Origin: a bacterium
GTDB taxonomy: Bacteria > Electryoneota > JAOADG01
DNA length: 64,000 nt
Reading direction: 5' to 3'
NCBI GenBank assembly: GCA_963681965.1
Contig: OY820579.1
Span: 3,232,001-3,296,000 of the forward strand
Of the stretch, positions 50,676-60,079 are shown piece after piece. The position numbers and the translations under genes are program-made. Positions within the stretch are counted from its first letter, which is position 1. Every line of letters starts with the position of its first letter. The notes beneath the pieces were generated by a model. It saw nothing but the letters and a program-made list of their open reading frames with translations. It searched no databases and had not been told where the DNA came from.

Positions 50676-51513
50676 TTCTCCCGGAAACCAGCGATAACAT
50701 CCCTAATAATAAGATCAATTTCGAGAGCATGGAAATTCTTTTACTCCGAGAAACATCTTCGATTGTCCATGAACCGGTGAAATAGATAATAACCGCTGCT
50801 AATCCAATTATCATTATGATTCCAATCGAAAATAGGACGCCATGATAAAATGATGAATAGATAAGCAAAGCGATTTCCAAACCGATACAGCAAATCAAGC
50901 CGATGACACCTGCGATAACGTAACGGAACGGCACCCTGATCGGCAACGTTTGGTAACCCGCCACTTTGTCGCCAGCAACATCTGCAACATCCTTCACAAT
51001 TTCTCTGAGCAAGAATCCGGTAAATGTCAAGACCACCGGCAGAATCAGCTTACTCTGATAACCGACGATCATACCCCCAAGTAGCGGTGCCCCACTTCCG
51101 CAGATTGCGACGACCAGATTGCCCCATCCGGCAGTACGTTTCAATTGTCGATTATACCACAACAATAAAATCGTCACGACCAGCGGAATCAATCGGGTTT
51201 CTGGAGGCAGCAACCATCCGATTGCACAACCAAACAGCAACGAAATCCACAGCACAACTTTGGCAAATTTATCCGATATCCGCCCCGATAACAGAATCCG
51301 GTCGGGGCGATTGATTTGATCCGAAATTCGATCCTGCAAATCGTTATAGATATTGCTGCCAAGTGCTACCAGCAATGCCGAGATTCCACCAAGAATCAAT
51401 GTCAAAGAGATTTCGCCGGGCGCGACAATCCACCCTCCGGTCAATACTGCGACAAAGGTAAACAACAGGTTCCAAATGCGTATCAATTTGAGAAAATTGA
51501 GGATTGTCTGCAT
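50665..51513 (-). CDS. UbiA-family prenyltransferase, DGGGP-synthase-like
   Basis: NDLQDRISDQINRPDR, YNRQLK...GNLVVA, REIVKDVADVAGD; about 8 TM segments. Confidence 0.82.
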   Translation of the reverse strand: MQTILNFLKLIRIWNLLFTFVAVLTGGWIVAPGEISLTLILGGISALLVALGSNIYNDLQDRISDQINRPDRILLSGRISDKFAKVVLWISLLFGCAIGWLLPPETRLIPLVVTILLLWYNRQLKRTAGWGNLVVAICGSGAPLLGGMIVGYQSKLILPVVLTFTGFLLREIVKDVADVAGDKVAGYQTLPIRVPFRYVIAGVIGLICCIGLEIALLIYSSFYHGVLFSIGIIMIIGLAAVIIYFTGSWTIEDVSRSKRISMLSKLILLLGMLSLVSGRSGV

Positions 51514-51583
51514 ATTTGCCTAAACGCATCGCAGACCCGATCTCGAGCCTGCGAATATAAGTCGGAATTAGCGTCCGAACGGA

Positions 51584-51874
51584 CTATTCATGTGTTGTGT
51601 CGGGTGGTGCAGTCGGTTCTTTTTTCTTTAACTCTTCCAAAAAATTCAGTCGGAGATTTGTCAACGTTTGCGTTAACATTCGCTGCTCGTCTTCGTTCAA
51701 ATTCCCCTTGGTCTTGTGCTCGATCATTTCCAGAAAATCGATCGCGTAGCGTGTCGCTTCATTATTGACGGGTTGAATTTTACCATCGGGTCCCGGCAAT
51801 TTGCCCATACTGATCATCGCAAGTTCGTTGTATTGATAGATCATCGTAAAAAACAAAGCGGTATCTTTATCCAT
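51584..51874 (-). CDS. DUF1844-family protein
   Basis: AMISMGK, IDFLEMIEHKTKGNLNEDE...LTNLRLNF. Confidence 0.82.
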   Translation of the reverse strand: MDKDTALFFTMIYQYNELAMISMGKLPGPDGKIQPVNNEATRYAIDFLEMIEHKTKGNLNEDEQRMLTQTLTNLRLNFLEELKKKEPTAPPDTTHE

Positions 51875-51876
51875 CG

Positions 51877-52479
51877 TTACTCCTCAGTAGTAGGTTCGCC
51901 TTGGATTTCTTTCAAGTCTCGGATCCGATCACGGATCTTCGCAGCTTCTTCATATTTTTCTTGCGAAACGAATTCTTCCAGTTTTTGCTGAAGTTGTTTC
52001 AATTCTTCTTCCGGCGATTTTTCTACCGGATCGGTAGTTTCCGATAATGGGTTCTCGCCAATTTCTCCGGTAAATCCGGTCTCAGTTAGAATTGTTTCGG
52101 CAACAAATATTTGAGCACCAGTCTTCAACGCCAATGCAATACCATCCGAAGGTCGGGCATCGATAATTTTCGTTTGATCGTTATGGCGCAGATGAATTTC
52201 AGCAAAAAAAGTATTGTTCTTCAATTCGGTCACAACCACTTTTTCAACCCGGATCTCTTCCGCATCTAACACCGATTGAAACATGTCGTACGTCAACGGT
52301 CGTTCATGTTTCACCATGCGTAGTAGCATCGAGATCGTTTGCGCTTCGGCAGGACCGATGAAAATTGGAAACCAGCGACCACCCGAATGCAACTCGCGCA
52401 AGATGATCCCATACCCTTGAAATGGGGGAAATATAGAAATACCAACCACTTCAACTGGTTCCAACGGTTCTCCTCTCAA
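51877..52479 (-). CDS. Bifunctional nuclease (DUF151) with a C-terminal UVR domain
   Basis: PIFIGPAEA, RPLTYD, IDARPSDGIALAL, EKYEEAAKIRD. Confidence 0.9.
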   Translation of the reverse strand: MRGEPLEPVEVVGISIFPPFQGYGIILRELHSGGRWFPIFIGPAEAQTISMLLRMVKHERPLTYDMFQSVLDAEEIRVEKVVVTELKNNTFFAEIHLRHNDQTKIIDARPSDGIALALKTGAQIFVAETILTETGFTGEIGENPLSETTDPVEKSPEEELKQLQQKLEEFVSQEKYEEAAKIRDRIRDLKEIQGEPTTEE

Positions 52480-52581
52480 CCTGTCTTATCCATATTACGT
52501 TCGTAATGTGAAATAAAATAATCCGATTGTTACTGAAATATAGATAGAAAATTAAAACAGTACCAACCAATCCTCATCACT

Positions 52582-53028
52582 TCAGTCTTTTTCTAGAATC
52601 ATCGTCACTGGACCGTCGTTTTCGGAAGTAACTAACATGTGTGCTCCAAACCGACCGTCATGTACTTCGACACCACAATCTGAAACCAATTTGAGAAATC
52701 GCTGATGAAGTTGCACCGCAAGATCGGGAGCTGCGGCTGCGACAAAATCCGGGCGACGCCCTTTCCGGCAATCGGCATGCAGCGTGAAATTCGAAACGAT
52801 CAACACTTTCCCGCCAATCTCCAATACTGATCGATCAAATCGGTCCGTTCCCGATTCACCGGGAAAAATTCGCATTCCGACTATTTTCTTTGCCATCCAC
52901 TGCATAACTTCTTCGGTATCGGACGGTGCATACGAAACCAGACACAACACACCACGCTCGATCGCAGCAATGATCGTTTGATCGACTGTCACACTCGCCC
53001 GATTGACTCGCTGAATGATTGCACGCAT
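52582..53028 (-). CDS. dtd: D-aminoacyl-tRNA deacylase
   Basis: MRAIIQRV, VSNFTL, KGRRP, GRFGAHM, NDGPVT. Confidence 0.95.
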   Translation of the reverse strand: MRAIIQRVNRASVTVDQTIIAAIERGVLCLVSYAPSDTEEVMQWMAKKIVGMRIFPGESGTDRFDRSVLEIGGKVLIVSNFTLHADCRKGRRPDFVAAAAPDLAVQLHQRFLKLVSDCGVEVHDGRFGAHMLVTSENDGPVTMILEKD

Positions 53029-53039
53029 CTCGATACCGG

Positions 53040-56000
53040 TCAGTGGTTGTTCAAAACCAAATGAATATTGCTCTTGCCGACAATCTTCGAGAGCAATCGT
53101 AATCCTTCATGATCGATCCGGAAGGAACGATTGGTCGATCGGGTACGAAGCGAAGAAGTACCATTATCAAGAATGAATTCAATCTTCGTCTCACCCGGTC
53201 GATCTGAAAAGATCCGATTGAAACGCTCCAATAAATCGTCGGTAACCGATGTGATCGGAATCCGAAGTTGAATCGCCTTGGTGTAGGTTTGAATCGCTTT
53301 CTCCAATTCGATTGCGCTCTCCAGCCGAATTCGCGGGGCTTCCTCTTCTTCCTTTACAATCGTTGTGCCATTGATCAAGAGCAATTTTTGTGGAACCAGC
53401 AGATCCAGATATTTCGTGTACTGATTGTTAAACACCAACAAGTCGCTTGCACCACTAAAATCTTCGATCCGCGTTAGTGCCCAATACTTACCGTCTTTCG
53501 TCGATTTCCGTTGTACCGAATTCACCACGCAGGCAATCCGAATCGGTTTACCATTCCCCCACTCTTCGGCATCGCCCAGCGAATCGGTCGTCAACAGACC
53601 AATCTCGGCTTGGAAATCGTCGAGCGGATGACCGCTGATATAGTACCCGACAAGTTTTTTCTCTTGTTCCAACTGCTCGATTTTCGCCATCGGCGGTGCC
53701 GAACGGAGCACTGGAATATTGATCGCAGGCGAGGTCGACTCGCCGAACAACGAAGCTTCGTTGGAATCCGATCGTTGTGCCAGTGTCGCAAATTCGATGG
53801 CATCGCCGATCGATGCCAATAATTGACTCCGCTCGCCGAACACGTCGCAGGCACCAGCATTCACCAACGATTCGAATACTTTCTTGTTGCACAATCGAAG
53901 ATCGATCCGCATCGCCAGATCGAACAGCGATAAGAATTGTCCACTCTCTTGACGCCGCTGGATGATGTCGCGAACCGCTCCTTCACCGACATTCTTGATT
54001 GCTGCCAATCCGAACCGGATCCCTTCCGAAGTCGGTTCAAAACACAAGTTCGAATAATTCACATCGGGCGGTAACACGGCAATACCCATCCGCCGCGCTT
54101 CATTCAACAGCTTGATCACCCGATCCGGTTTACCCATATTCGACGTTAACGATGCCGCTAAAAATTCCGCCGGGAAATGCGCTTTTAAATACCCCGTCTG
54201 ATATGCCAGATAAGAGTAACCGGCACTGTGCGATTTATTGAATCCGTAATTCGAGAATTTCAGAATTTGATCGTACAGTTCGTCGGCTTGCTTCTGCGTC
54301 AAGCCATTCGCACGAGCCCCGGCGATAAATTCTGGATGCAATGTCTCCAGCAGTTTCGCATCTTTTTTACCCATCGCTTTGCGCAACGTATCGGCTTTCG
54401 ACATCGAGAAACCGCCGACTTCACGCGCGATCAGCATCACCTGCTCTTGATAGACAATAACCCCGTACGTGTCTTTCAAGATCGGTTCGAGCAGCGGATG
54501 GATATATTCGATCTGCTGGCGACCCTGCTTGCAGGCAATGAAATCGGGAATACGCTGCATCGGACCCGGGCGATACAACGCGTTCATAGCGATCAGATCG
54601 CCCAATCGACTCGGCTTCAGTTGAATGAGCGAGCGTGCCATGCCGGACGATTCAAATTGAAAGACCCCTACCGTTAGCCCTTTGCCAAACAAATCCAGCG
54701 TCTTCTCGTCGGTAAGCGGTATTGCATCGAGCGCGAATTTACCATCGCTCTGCAAATACAATGCATACTTTGCCGGATTCGCTTCGACATGGCGCACAGT
54801 CTCGCGAACTGCCTGTAACATCGTCAAACCGAGCATATCCATTTTGAGTAAGCCGGCTTTTTCGATGACATCCTTGTCGTATTGCGAAATTAATTCACCG
54901 CCCGAGATCCGGTACAGTGGGAGATATTCTGCCAGATCGCCCGGTGCGATCACCACCCCGGCGGCATGGGTACCAACCGTGCGAATTCTACCTTCCAACC
55001 GCTTGGCGGCTGCGACCAATCGAGCGTATTCCGGATTGCTCTCAACCAGCGTACGCATGTCGGCATCGGTCTCGATCGCGGCTGCAATACTGAAATAATC
55101 GGTATCCGGCGGCGGTTTCACTTTACCGTAAGCATTCGCCAGGCGTTCGACATCGGTCAGATTAATCGCCAGCACCCGACCGGCATCGCGAATTGCCGCT
55201 TTCGCCTTCATCGTACCAAAAGTGGCAATCTGACTAACGGCACTCGCACCGTATCGTTCTCGCACATATTCGATTACGATGCCGCGCGAATCGTCGGCAA
55301 AGTCGATATCCATATCCGGTGCTGAAACACGTTCCGGATTCAAAAATCGTTCGAAAATCAGATCGTATTCGATTGGATCGAGATGGGTAATATGCAGCGC
55401 GTACGCCGCCAACGATCCTGCGACCGAACCTCGACCCGGACCGACTGGAACACCGCGTTTGCGGGCTTCCGCAATAAAATCGTCGACGATGAGAAAGTAG
55501 CCGCTGAAGCCGGTACGCTTGACCACATCGAGTTCGTAATCCAACCGTTTACGATACTCTTCGCTGATATTGCCAATCCGCGATTCCAACCCTTCGCGTG
55601 CGCGTTGTTCAAAGAATTCGTCAAGACTGTCGGTACTTGCATCCGTAGGAATCGGAAATCGCGGCATCTGCACTTTGCCGGTCGGGACTTTGAAATCGAT
55701 CCGATTGGCAATTTCGACACTCCGTTCCAATGCGGCTTCGCGACCGGCGTACCATTCGTACATTTCGTCGGAAGTTTTCAAGAATGCTTCGCCGTGTTCG
55801 GCGCCGTTAATTTCGCGATACTGCATCAAGGTGAGTCGTTCGCCAACCGAATGCATCAAATCGAGTGTCTCGGCATCGTCCTTATTCAAATATTTCACAC
55901 CGTTGGTCACGACGGTTTGAATACCGAGTTCTTCACTCAATCGATCGAATTCCATGCAGAGCAATTCGTCCGATTCGCGACCGAAGTCCTGCAATTCGAG

Positions 56001-56498
56001 ATAGAACCGATCGCCGAATGCTTCTTTCCATTCGCTTGCCAAGCGTCGAGCGGTCGATTTGTCGTTGCGCTCGATATTGGTACCGATCTCGCTTTCATGG
56101 AATCCCGAAAGCACAATCAGATTCTCGCTATTCGCGAATAACCGATCCCGAAGAATAATTGCAGGGGGATAACTTTGAGTCGATTGGTAATGATCGGCGA
56201 TCAATCGGCAGAGCGACCGATATCCTGCTAGATTGATAGGAAAGACGAGAATCGAGGCGGAACCGTTACCGCGTTCCTTTTCGAGTTGCAACTCGATGCC
56301 ATGGATCGGTTCGATGTTTTGTTTCTTACACTTCTCTTGGAATTCGATCGCACCGAACATGACCCCGAAATCGGTCAACGCGATCCGGTCGAATCCGCGT
56401 TTTTGTGCGGTCGAAACCAATGAACTGACAGAGGGAACACCGGTTAAAATGCTGTATTCGCTGCGTACGCGAAGATGAACGAACGGTTTACCGCTCAT
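53040..56498 (-). CDS. dnaE: DNA polymerase III alpha subunit
   Basis: GPGRGS, FERFLNPER..PDMDIDF, HAAGVV, KMDMLGL, YGFNKSH, OB fold; ATG at 56498. Confidence 0.97.
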   Translation of the reverse strand: MSGKPFVHLRVRSEYSILTGVPSVSSLVSTAQKRGFDRIALTDFGVMFGAIEFQEKCKKQNIEPIHGIELQLEKERGNGSASILVFPINLAGYRSLCRLIADHYQSTQSYPPAIILRDRLFANSENLIVLSGFHESEIGTNIERNDKSTARRLASEWKEAFGDRFYLELQDFGRESDELLCMEFDRLSEELGIQTVVTNGVKYLNKDDAETLDLMHSVGERLTLMQYREINGAEHGEAFLKTSDEMYEWYAGREAALERSVEIANRIDFKVPTGKVQMPRFPIPTDASTDSLDEFFEQRAREGLESRIGNISEEYRKRLDYELDVVKRTGFSGYFLIVDDFIAEARKRGVPVGPGRGSVAGSLAAYALHITHLDPIEYDLIFERFLNPERVSAPDMDIDFADDSRGIVIEYVRERYGASAVSQIATFGTMKAKAAIRDAGRVLAINLTDVERLANAYGKVKPPPDTDYFSIAAAIETDADMRTLVESNPEYARLVAAAKRLEGRIRTVGTHAAGVVIAPGDLAEYLPLYRISGGELISQYDKDVIEKAGLLKMDMLGLTMLQAVRETVRHVEANPAKYALYLQSDGKFALDAIPLTDEKTLDLFGKGLTVGVFQFESSGMARSLIQLKPSRLGDLIAMNALYRPGPMQRIPDFIACKQGRQQIEYIHPLLEPILKDTYGVIVYQEQVMLIAREVGGFSMSKADTLRKAMGKKDAKLLETLHPEFIAGARANGLTQKQADELYDQILKFSNYGFNKSHSAGYSYLAYQTGYLKAHFPAEFLAASLTSNMGKPDRVIKLLNEARRMGIAVLPPDVNYSNLCFEPTSEGIRFGLAAIKNVGEGAVRDIIQRRQESGQFLSLFDLAMRIDLRLCNKKVFESLVNAGACDVFGERSQLLASIGDAIEFATLAQRSDSNEASLFGESTSPAINIPVLRSAPPMAKIEQLEQEKKLVGYYISGHPLDDFQAEIGLLTTDSLGDAEEWGNGKPIRIACVVNSVQRKSTKDGKYWALTRIEDFSGASDLLVFNNQYTKYLDLLVPQKLLLINGTTIVKEEEEAPRIRLESAIELEKAIQTYTKAIQLRIPITSVTDDLLERFNRIFSDRPGETKIEFILDNGTSSLRTRSTNRSFRIDHEGLRLLSKIVGKSNIHLVLNNH

Positions 56499-56715
56499 TG
56501 ATGAAAGTCCAAACCACAAATAAAATAATTATGATTAAAATTAATACGCCGACAAATATGAGATTGGAGGACGAGAGTAAAATCAAACCCTGTGAGAGAA
56601 TCAAACCGACCAAAATAGTCAATAACAGCGCGAAAGTATATTTTCGCTGATCGCGAAACCGTGGATCGTGGAACCATCGTCTGATTTTTCTTCGAAAAGA
56701 GTTTGATCGATGCAT
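56488..56715 (-). CDS. Small 2-TM hypothetical membrane protein
   Basis: Starts immediately after the murA stop (TAG-ATG) and overlaps the dnaE start; basic N terminus followed by two hydrophobic helices. Confidence 0.55.
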   Translation of the reverse strand: MHRSNSFRRKIRRWFHDPRFRDQRKYTFALLLTILVGLILSQGLILLSSSNLIFVGVLILIIIILFVVWTFINER

Positions 56716-57975
56716 CTATTCCTCTTTCTCGCGCACAATGTGTGCACCTACTTCGGTCAATTTTTGTTCGATTCGTTCGTATCCACGATCCAAATGATAG
56801 ATCCGTGAAAGTAATGTCGAACCCGATGCCGCCAATCCAGCTAACACGAGACTCGATGACGCGCGGATGTCGGTCGACATCACCGGCGCACCTTTCAACA
56901 CAATATTTCCGACGACTTGTGCGACATTTCCATCCATCCGAATTTGAGCGCCTAATCGTCTGAGTTCGGCAACATGAGTAAACCGGTCTAAATATACTGT
57001 TTCGGTAACCAGACTGTCCCCACTCGCCTGCGTCATCAACGCAATCCACTGCGCTTGAAGATCGGTCGGAAAGCCCGGATACGGTGCCGTCTTAATATCG
57101 ACCGGGTGCAATTTATCGGGACGCTTGACTGTGATTGTGTCAGTCGCATCGACATCGATCTGGCATCCAGCTTCCCGCAATTTTTCAATAACGATACCGA
57201 TATGTTTCGCATTGCCGCCGTCGAACCGGATGCTCTCGCCAACCAGCGCTGCCGCGATCATGTAAGTACCCAATTCGATGCGGTCGGGAATGATCGCCAG
57301 CGATACCGGATGCAATTCCTTCACACCGTGAACGACAATTCGCGATTGCCCCACACCTTCGATCTCTGCCCCCATCGCAACCAGCATTTCGGTCAACTGC
57401 ACGATTTCCGGTTCGCGGGCACAATTTTCCAGAACGGTAGTACCTTCGGCGAGAACCGCCGCCATCAAGACGTTACCGGTAGCTCCGACCGACGATAATT
57501 CGAAGATAATCTCGGTGCCGCGCAATTTGTCACACCGGGCAGAAATATATCCTGCGTCGATATCGATCGTCGCGCCGAGTTTTGCAACCGCTTTTAAATG
57601 CTGATCGACCGGACGCGGTCCCCAGGCACATCCGCCCGGCAACGAAACGCGCGCCTCGCCGTAGCGCGCCAGTAGCGGACCAAGCACATAAAACGATGCG
57701 CGCATCGTCTTGACAAGATCGTATGAAGCGGTTCGATTGGCGCTTTCGCCGACCTGAAGGTGAAGTACACTACCGTCGATCGATCCATGAGCATTCAAAT
57801 CGCCCAATAATCGTAGCATCGTTCGGGTGTCGCGCAAATTCGGCACATTGTCGAAGACGTATTCCCCGTCGCAAAGCAACGCTGCCGACAACAATGGCAA
57901 CGCCGAATTCTTCGCACCGGAAATTCCGATTGTGCCGGTTAACGGATAACCACCTTCGATGACAAAACGATCCAT
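56716..57975 (-). CDS. murA: UDP-N-acetylglucosamine 1-carboxyvinyltransferase
   Basis: SGAKNSALP, MRAS, LPGGCAWGPRPVDQH (active Cys), PGFPTDLQAQ, HLDRGY. Confidence 0.97.
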   Translation of the reverse strand: MDRFVIEGGYPLTGTIGISGAKNSALPLLSAALLCDGEYVFDNVPNLRDTRTMLRLLGDLNAHGSIDGSVLHLQVGESANRTASYDLVKTMRASFYVLGPLLARYGEARVSLPGGCAWGPRPVDQHLKAVAKLGATIDIDAGYISARCDKLRGTEIIFELSSVGATGNVLMAAVLAEGTTVLENCAREPEIVQLTEMLVAMGAEIEGVGQSRIVVHGVKELHPVSLAIIPDRIELGTYMIAAALVGESIRFDGGNAKHIGIVIEKLREAGCQIDVDATDTITVKRPDKLHPVDIKTAPYPGFPTDLQAQWIALMTQASGDSLVTETVYLDRFTHVAELRRLGAQIRMDGNVAQVVGNIVLKGAPVMSTDIRASSSLVLAGLAASGSTLLSRIYHLDRGYERIEQKLTEVGAHIVREKEE

Positions 57976-58158
57976 TACAAACCTATCTGTGACGAATTAG
58001 AAAGTGCTCAATTATCGACGTCGATTGCAACTATTCGATCGCTAATTCGTCAGAAATTGTTATTGATAATCCAGTATTCTATTGTCACATTTTAAATGAA
58101 ATAGAAAATAATTATAGGCATGAAATATGAACCAATACTTTTTCCTAAAATATAGTGG

Positions 58159-58300
58159 TTCTCATAGGTAAGTTGTCATTGGTAGTAGGGTCGGATCCCC
58201 AATATCCAGTTACAGATATCATTTATCGGAACAGACACTCTTGTCTGTCCTTGTTATGCAACCCTCACACCTATTCATAACAACTTATTTCAAGCGATAC
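58159..58300. repeat. Copy 3 of the TIR-bounded GTAG-REP element (degraded)
   Basis: TAAGTTGTCAT at 58169, GTAGGGTCGGATCCCC, REP2-like GGAACAGACACTCTTGTCTGTCC, right end TTCATAACAACTTATTTCAAGCGATAC. Confidence 0.7.
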
Positions 58301-58418
58301 GATAAGCCAAATTTATCCAATTTTCAGTACCATTTCACACTATTCTCAATCGAATCGCATTCTAGTCGATCTGAAGTCGAATGGATGAAATCGTCATAAA
58401 AAATATATTTACCGGAAA

Positions 58419-60077
58419 TTACAAGTGTTGAAATTCGGAAAGCAACTCAATTGCACCCTGTCGGGCTCCACTCCCAGTCTCCGATCCGCTTAACATCTCG
58501 GCGAGGGATTGAATACGTTCTTCGTACCCCAAATTCCGGGAACTGATCGAAGTGTGCTGATCGGTCATTTTCTTCTCGATCGCAATATGCTGATGTGCCG
58601 CTGCCGCTACCTGTGGTAAATGGGTCACCATCGCAATCGGTCGATTGTTACCGATACGGCGCAAACACATGCCGACTGCCGATGCGATTTTCCCCGAAAC
58701 ACCGCGATCGACTTCGTCCAAAATTAATGTGACCGGATCGTCGGCATCGCACACCGATAACAGTGACAACTCCAGTCGTGCCAGTTCGCCACCGGAAATC
58801 ACCTCGCCTAATTCACGCGGTTGAACATCGGGATTGGCAGAAAACAGAATTGTCAGTTGATCCACTCCGCTTTCCGTCGGGCGATCGAAACAGCTCCATT
58901 CTGACACTAATTGCGGGTGCTGAATGCCCATTGCCGGGAGTGCCATCGCAGCTTTGGCAAATAGTGCATCGGCGGCGATTTTCCGACGCTCCGACAAAGT
59001 ATTCGCGCTGTGATGATACTTCGCCATACAATCCGCTTCGTGCCGTTCTGCTTCGATGATCGCGATATCCAACGTATCGTAGCTTTCAACGGTCTCCTGA
59101 AGTTTCGCGACGCGATCCGGAATCGCTTCGGCAATGAGGTGCCATTTATGTTCGCAGTCGAAAATTCGCTGAAGTCGCTGCTCGAGTGCTTCAATTCGTT
59201 GCGGATCGCCGTTGATTCGGGATAGATCGTGGTTGGCATCGCGCGCTAATTCGCGAAGATCGATCGAAATTTCTTCGATGCGCGTTGCAAACTGATTGAG
59301 TCGTTCATCCCAATGAGCACCGTTTCGAGCTGCAGTTAACGCACTGTTGACGATCGTTACCGCCGAACCTCGTTCACCGTCCAGTGTTTCGGAGACTGTG
59401 AGATATGCGGTTCGAACCGATTCGATATTTTTTTGGAGTTCGCTCTCTTGTTTCAATCGCTCAACTTCACCCGGTTGATACTGTAGCGTGGTCAATTCAT
59501 TCAATTCGGTTCGAAGCCATTCGAGCGCACTGCGATCGCGATGACTACGTTCGCGCAATTCCTGGATCCGGTCGAATGCCTGTTTCCAATCGCGATATTT
59601 TTGCCCGGTATCCTCTAACAAACTTCCGTTATGTGCATAAGCGTCGACAAACATCATTTGTCGTGCCGGATCGCGAAGTGCACCGACGTCTTCCTGCAAT
59701 GAAAACCGCATCAACAATTTGGCAATCTCGCCCAATGTCGCATTCGTTACCGGTGAATCATTGACAAAAGCGCGCGAGCGTCCGTCTTGCCGGAAATCGC
59801 GACGGAGAATCCACTCGAATGCGTACTCATCGACCAATTTACCGATCTCAGCCGATCTGGCTTCATCGGGTAGAAACACTGCCTCGATAAAACCCTTGTC
59901 GGCATTTTCTCGAACTTCCTGTCCACTCGCTTTGCGTCCGGTCAGCAACGTCAGTGCCCGGACAATCATCGATTTTCCCGCACCCGATTCGCCGGTAATG
60001 GCAACAAAACCGCGATCGAGTTGGATCTCGAGGTCTTCAATCAAGTAGAGATTGTGAATTCGGAATGAAACAAGCAT
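58419..60077 (-). CDS. recN: DNA repair protein RecN
   Basis: TGESGAGKS, coiled coils, SGGELAR, LDEVDRGVSG, THLPQVAA. Confidence 0.95.
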   Translation of the reverse strand: MLVSFRIHNLYLIEDLEIQLDRGFVAITGESGAGKSMIVRALTLLTGRKASGQEVRENADKGFIEAVFLPDEARSAEIGKLVDEYAFEWILRRDFRQDGRSRAFVNDSPVTNATLGEIAKLLMRFSLQEDVGALRDPARQMMFVDAYAHNGSLLEDTGQKYRDWKQAFDRIQELRERSHRDRSALEWLRTELNELTTLQYQPGEVERLKQESELQKNIESVRTAYLTVSETLDGERGSAVTIVNSALTAARNGAHWDERLNQFATRIEEISIDLRELARDANHDLSRINGDPQRIEALEQRLQRIFDCEHKWHLIAEAIPDRVAKLQETVESYDTLDIAIIEAERHEADCMAKYHHSANTLSERRKIAADALFAKAAMALPAMGIQHPQLVSEWSCFDRPTESGVDQLTILFSANPDVQPRELGEVISGGELARLELSLLSVCDADDPVTLILDEVDRGVSGKIASAVGMCLRRIGNNRPIAMVTHLPQVAAAAHQHIAIEKKMTDQHTSISSRNLGYEERIQSLAEMLSGSETGSGARQGAIELLSEFQHL

Positions 60078-60079
60078 AA

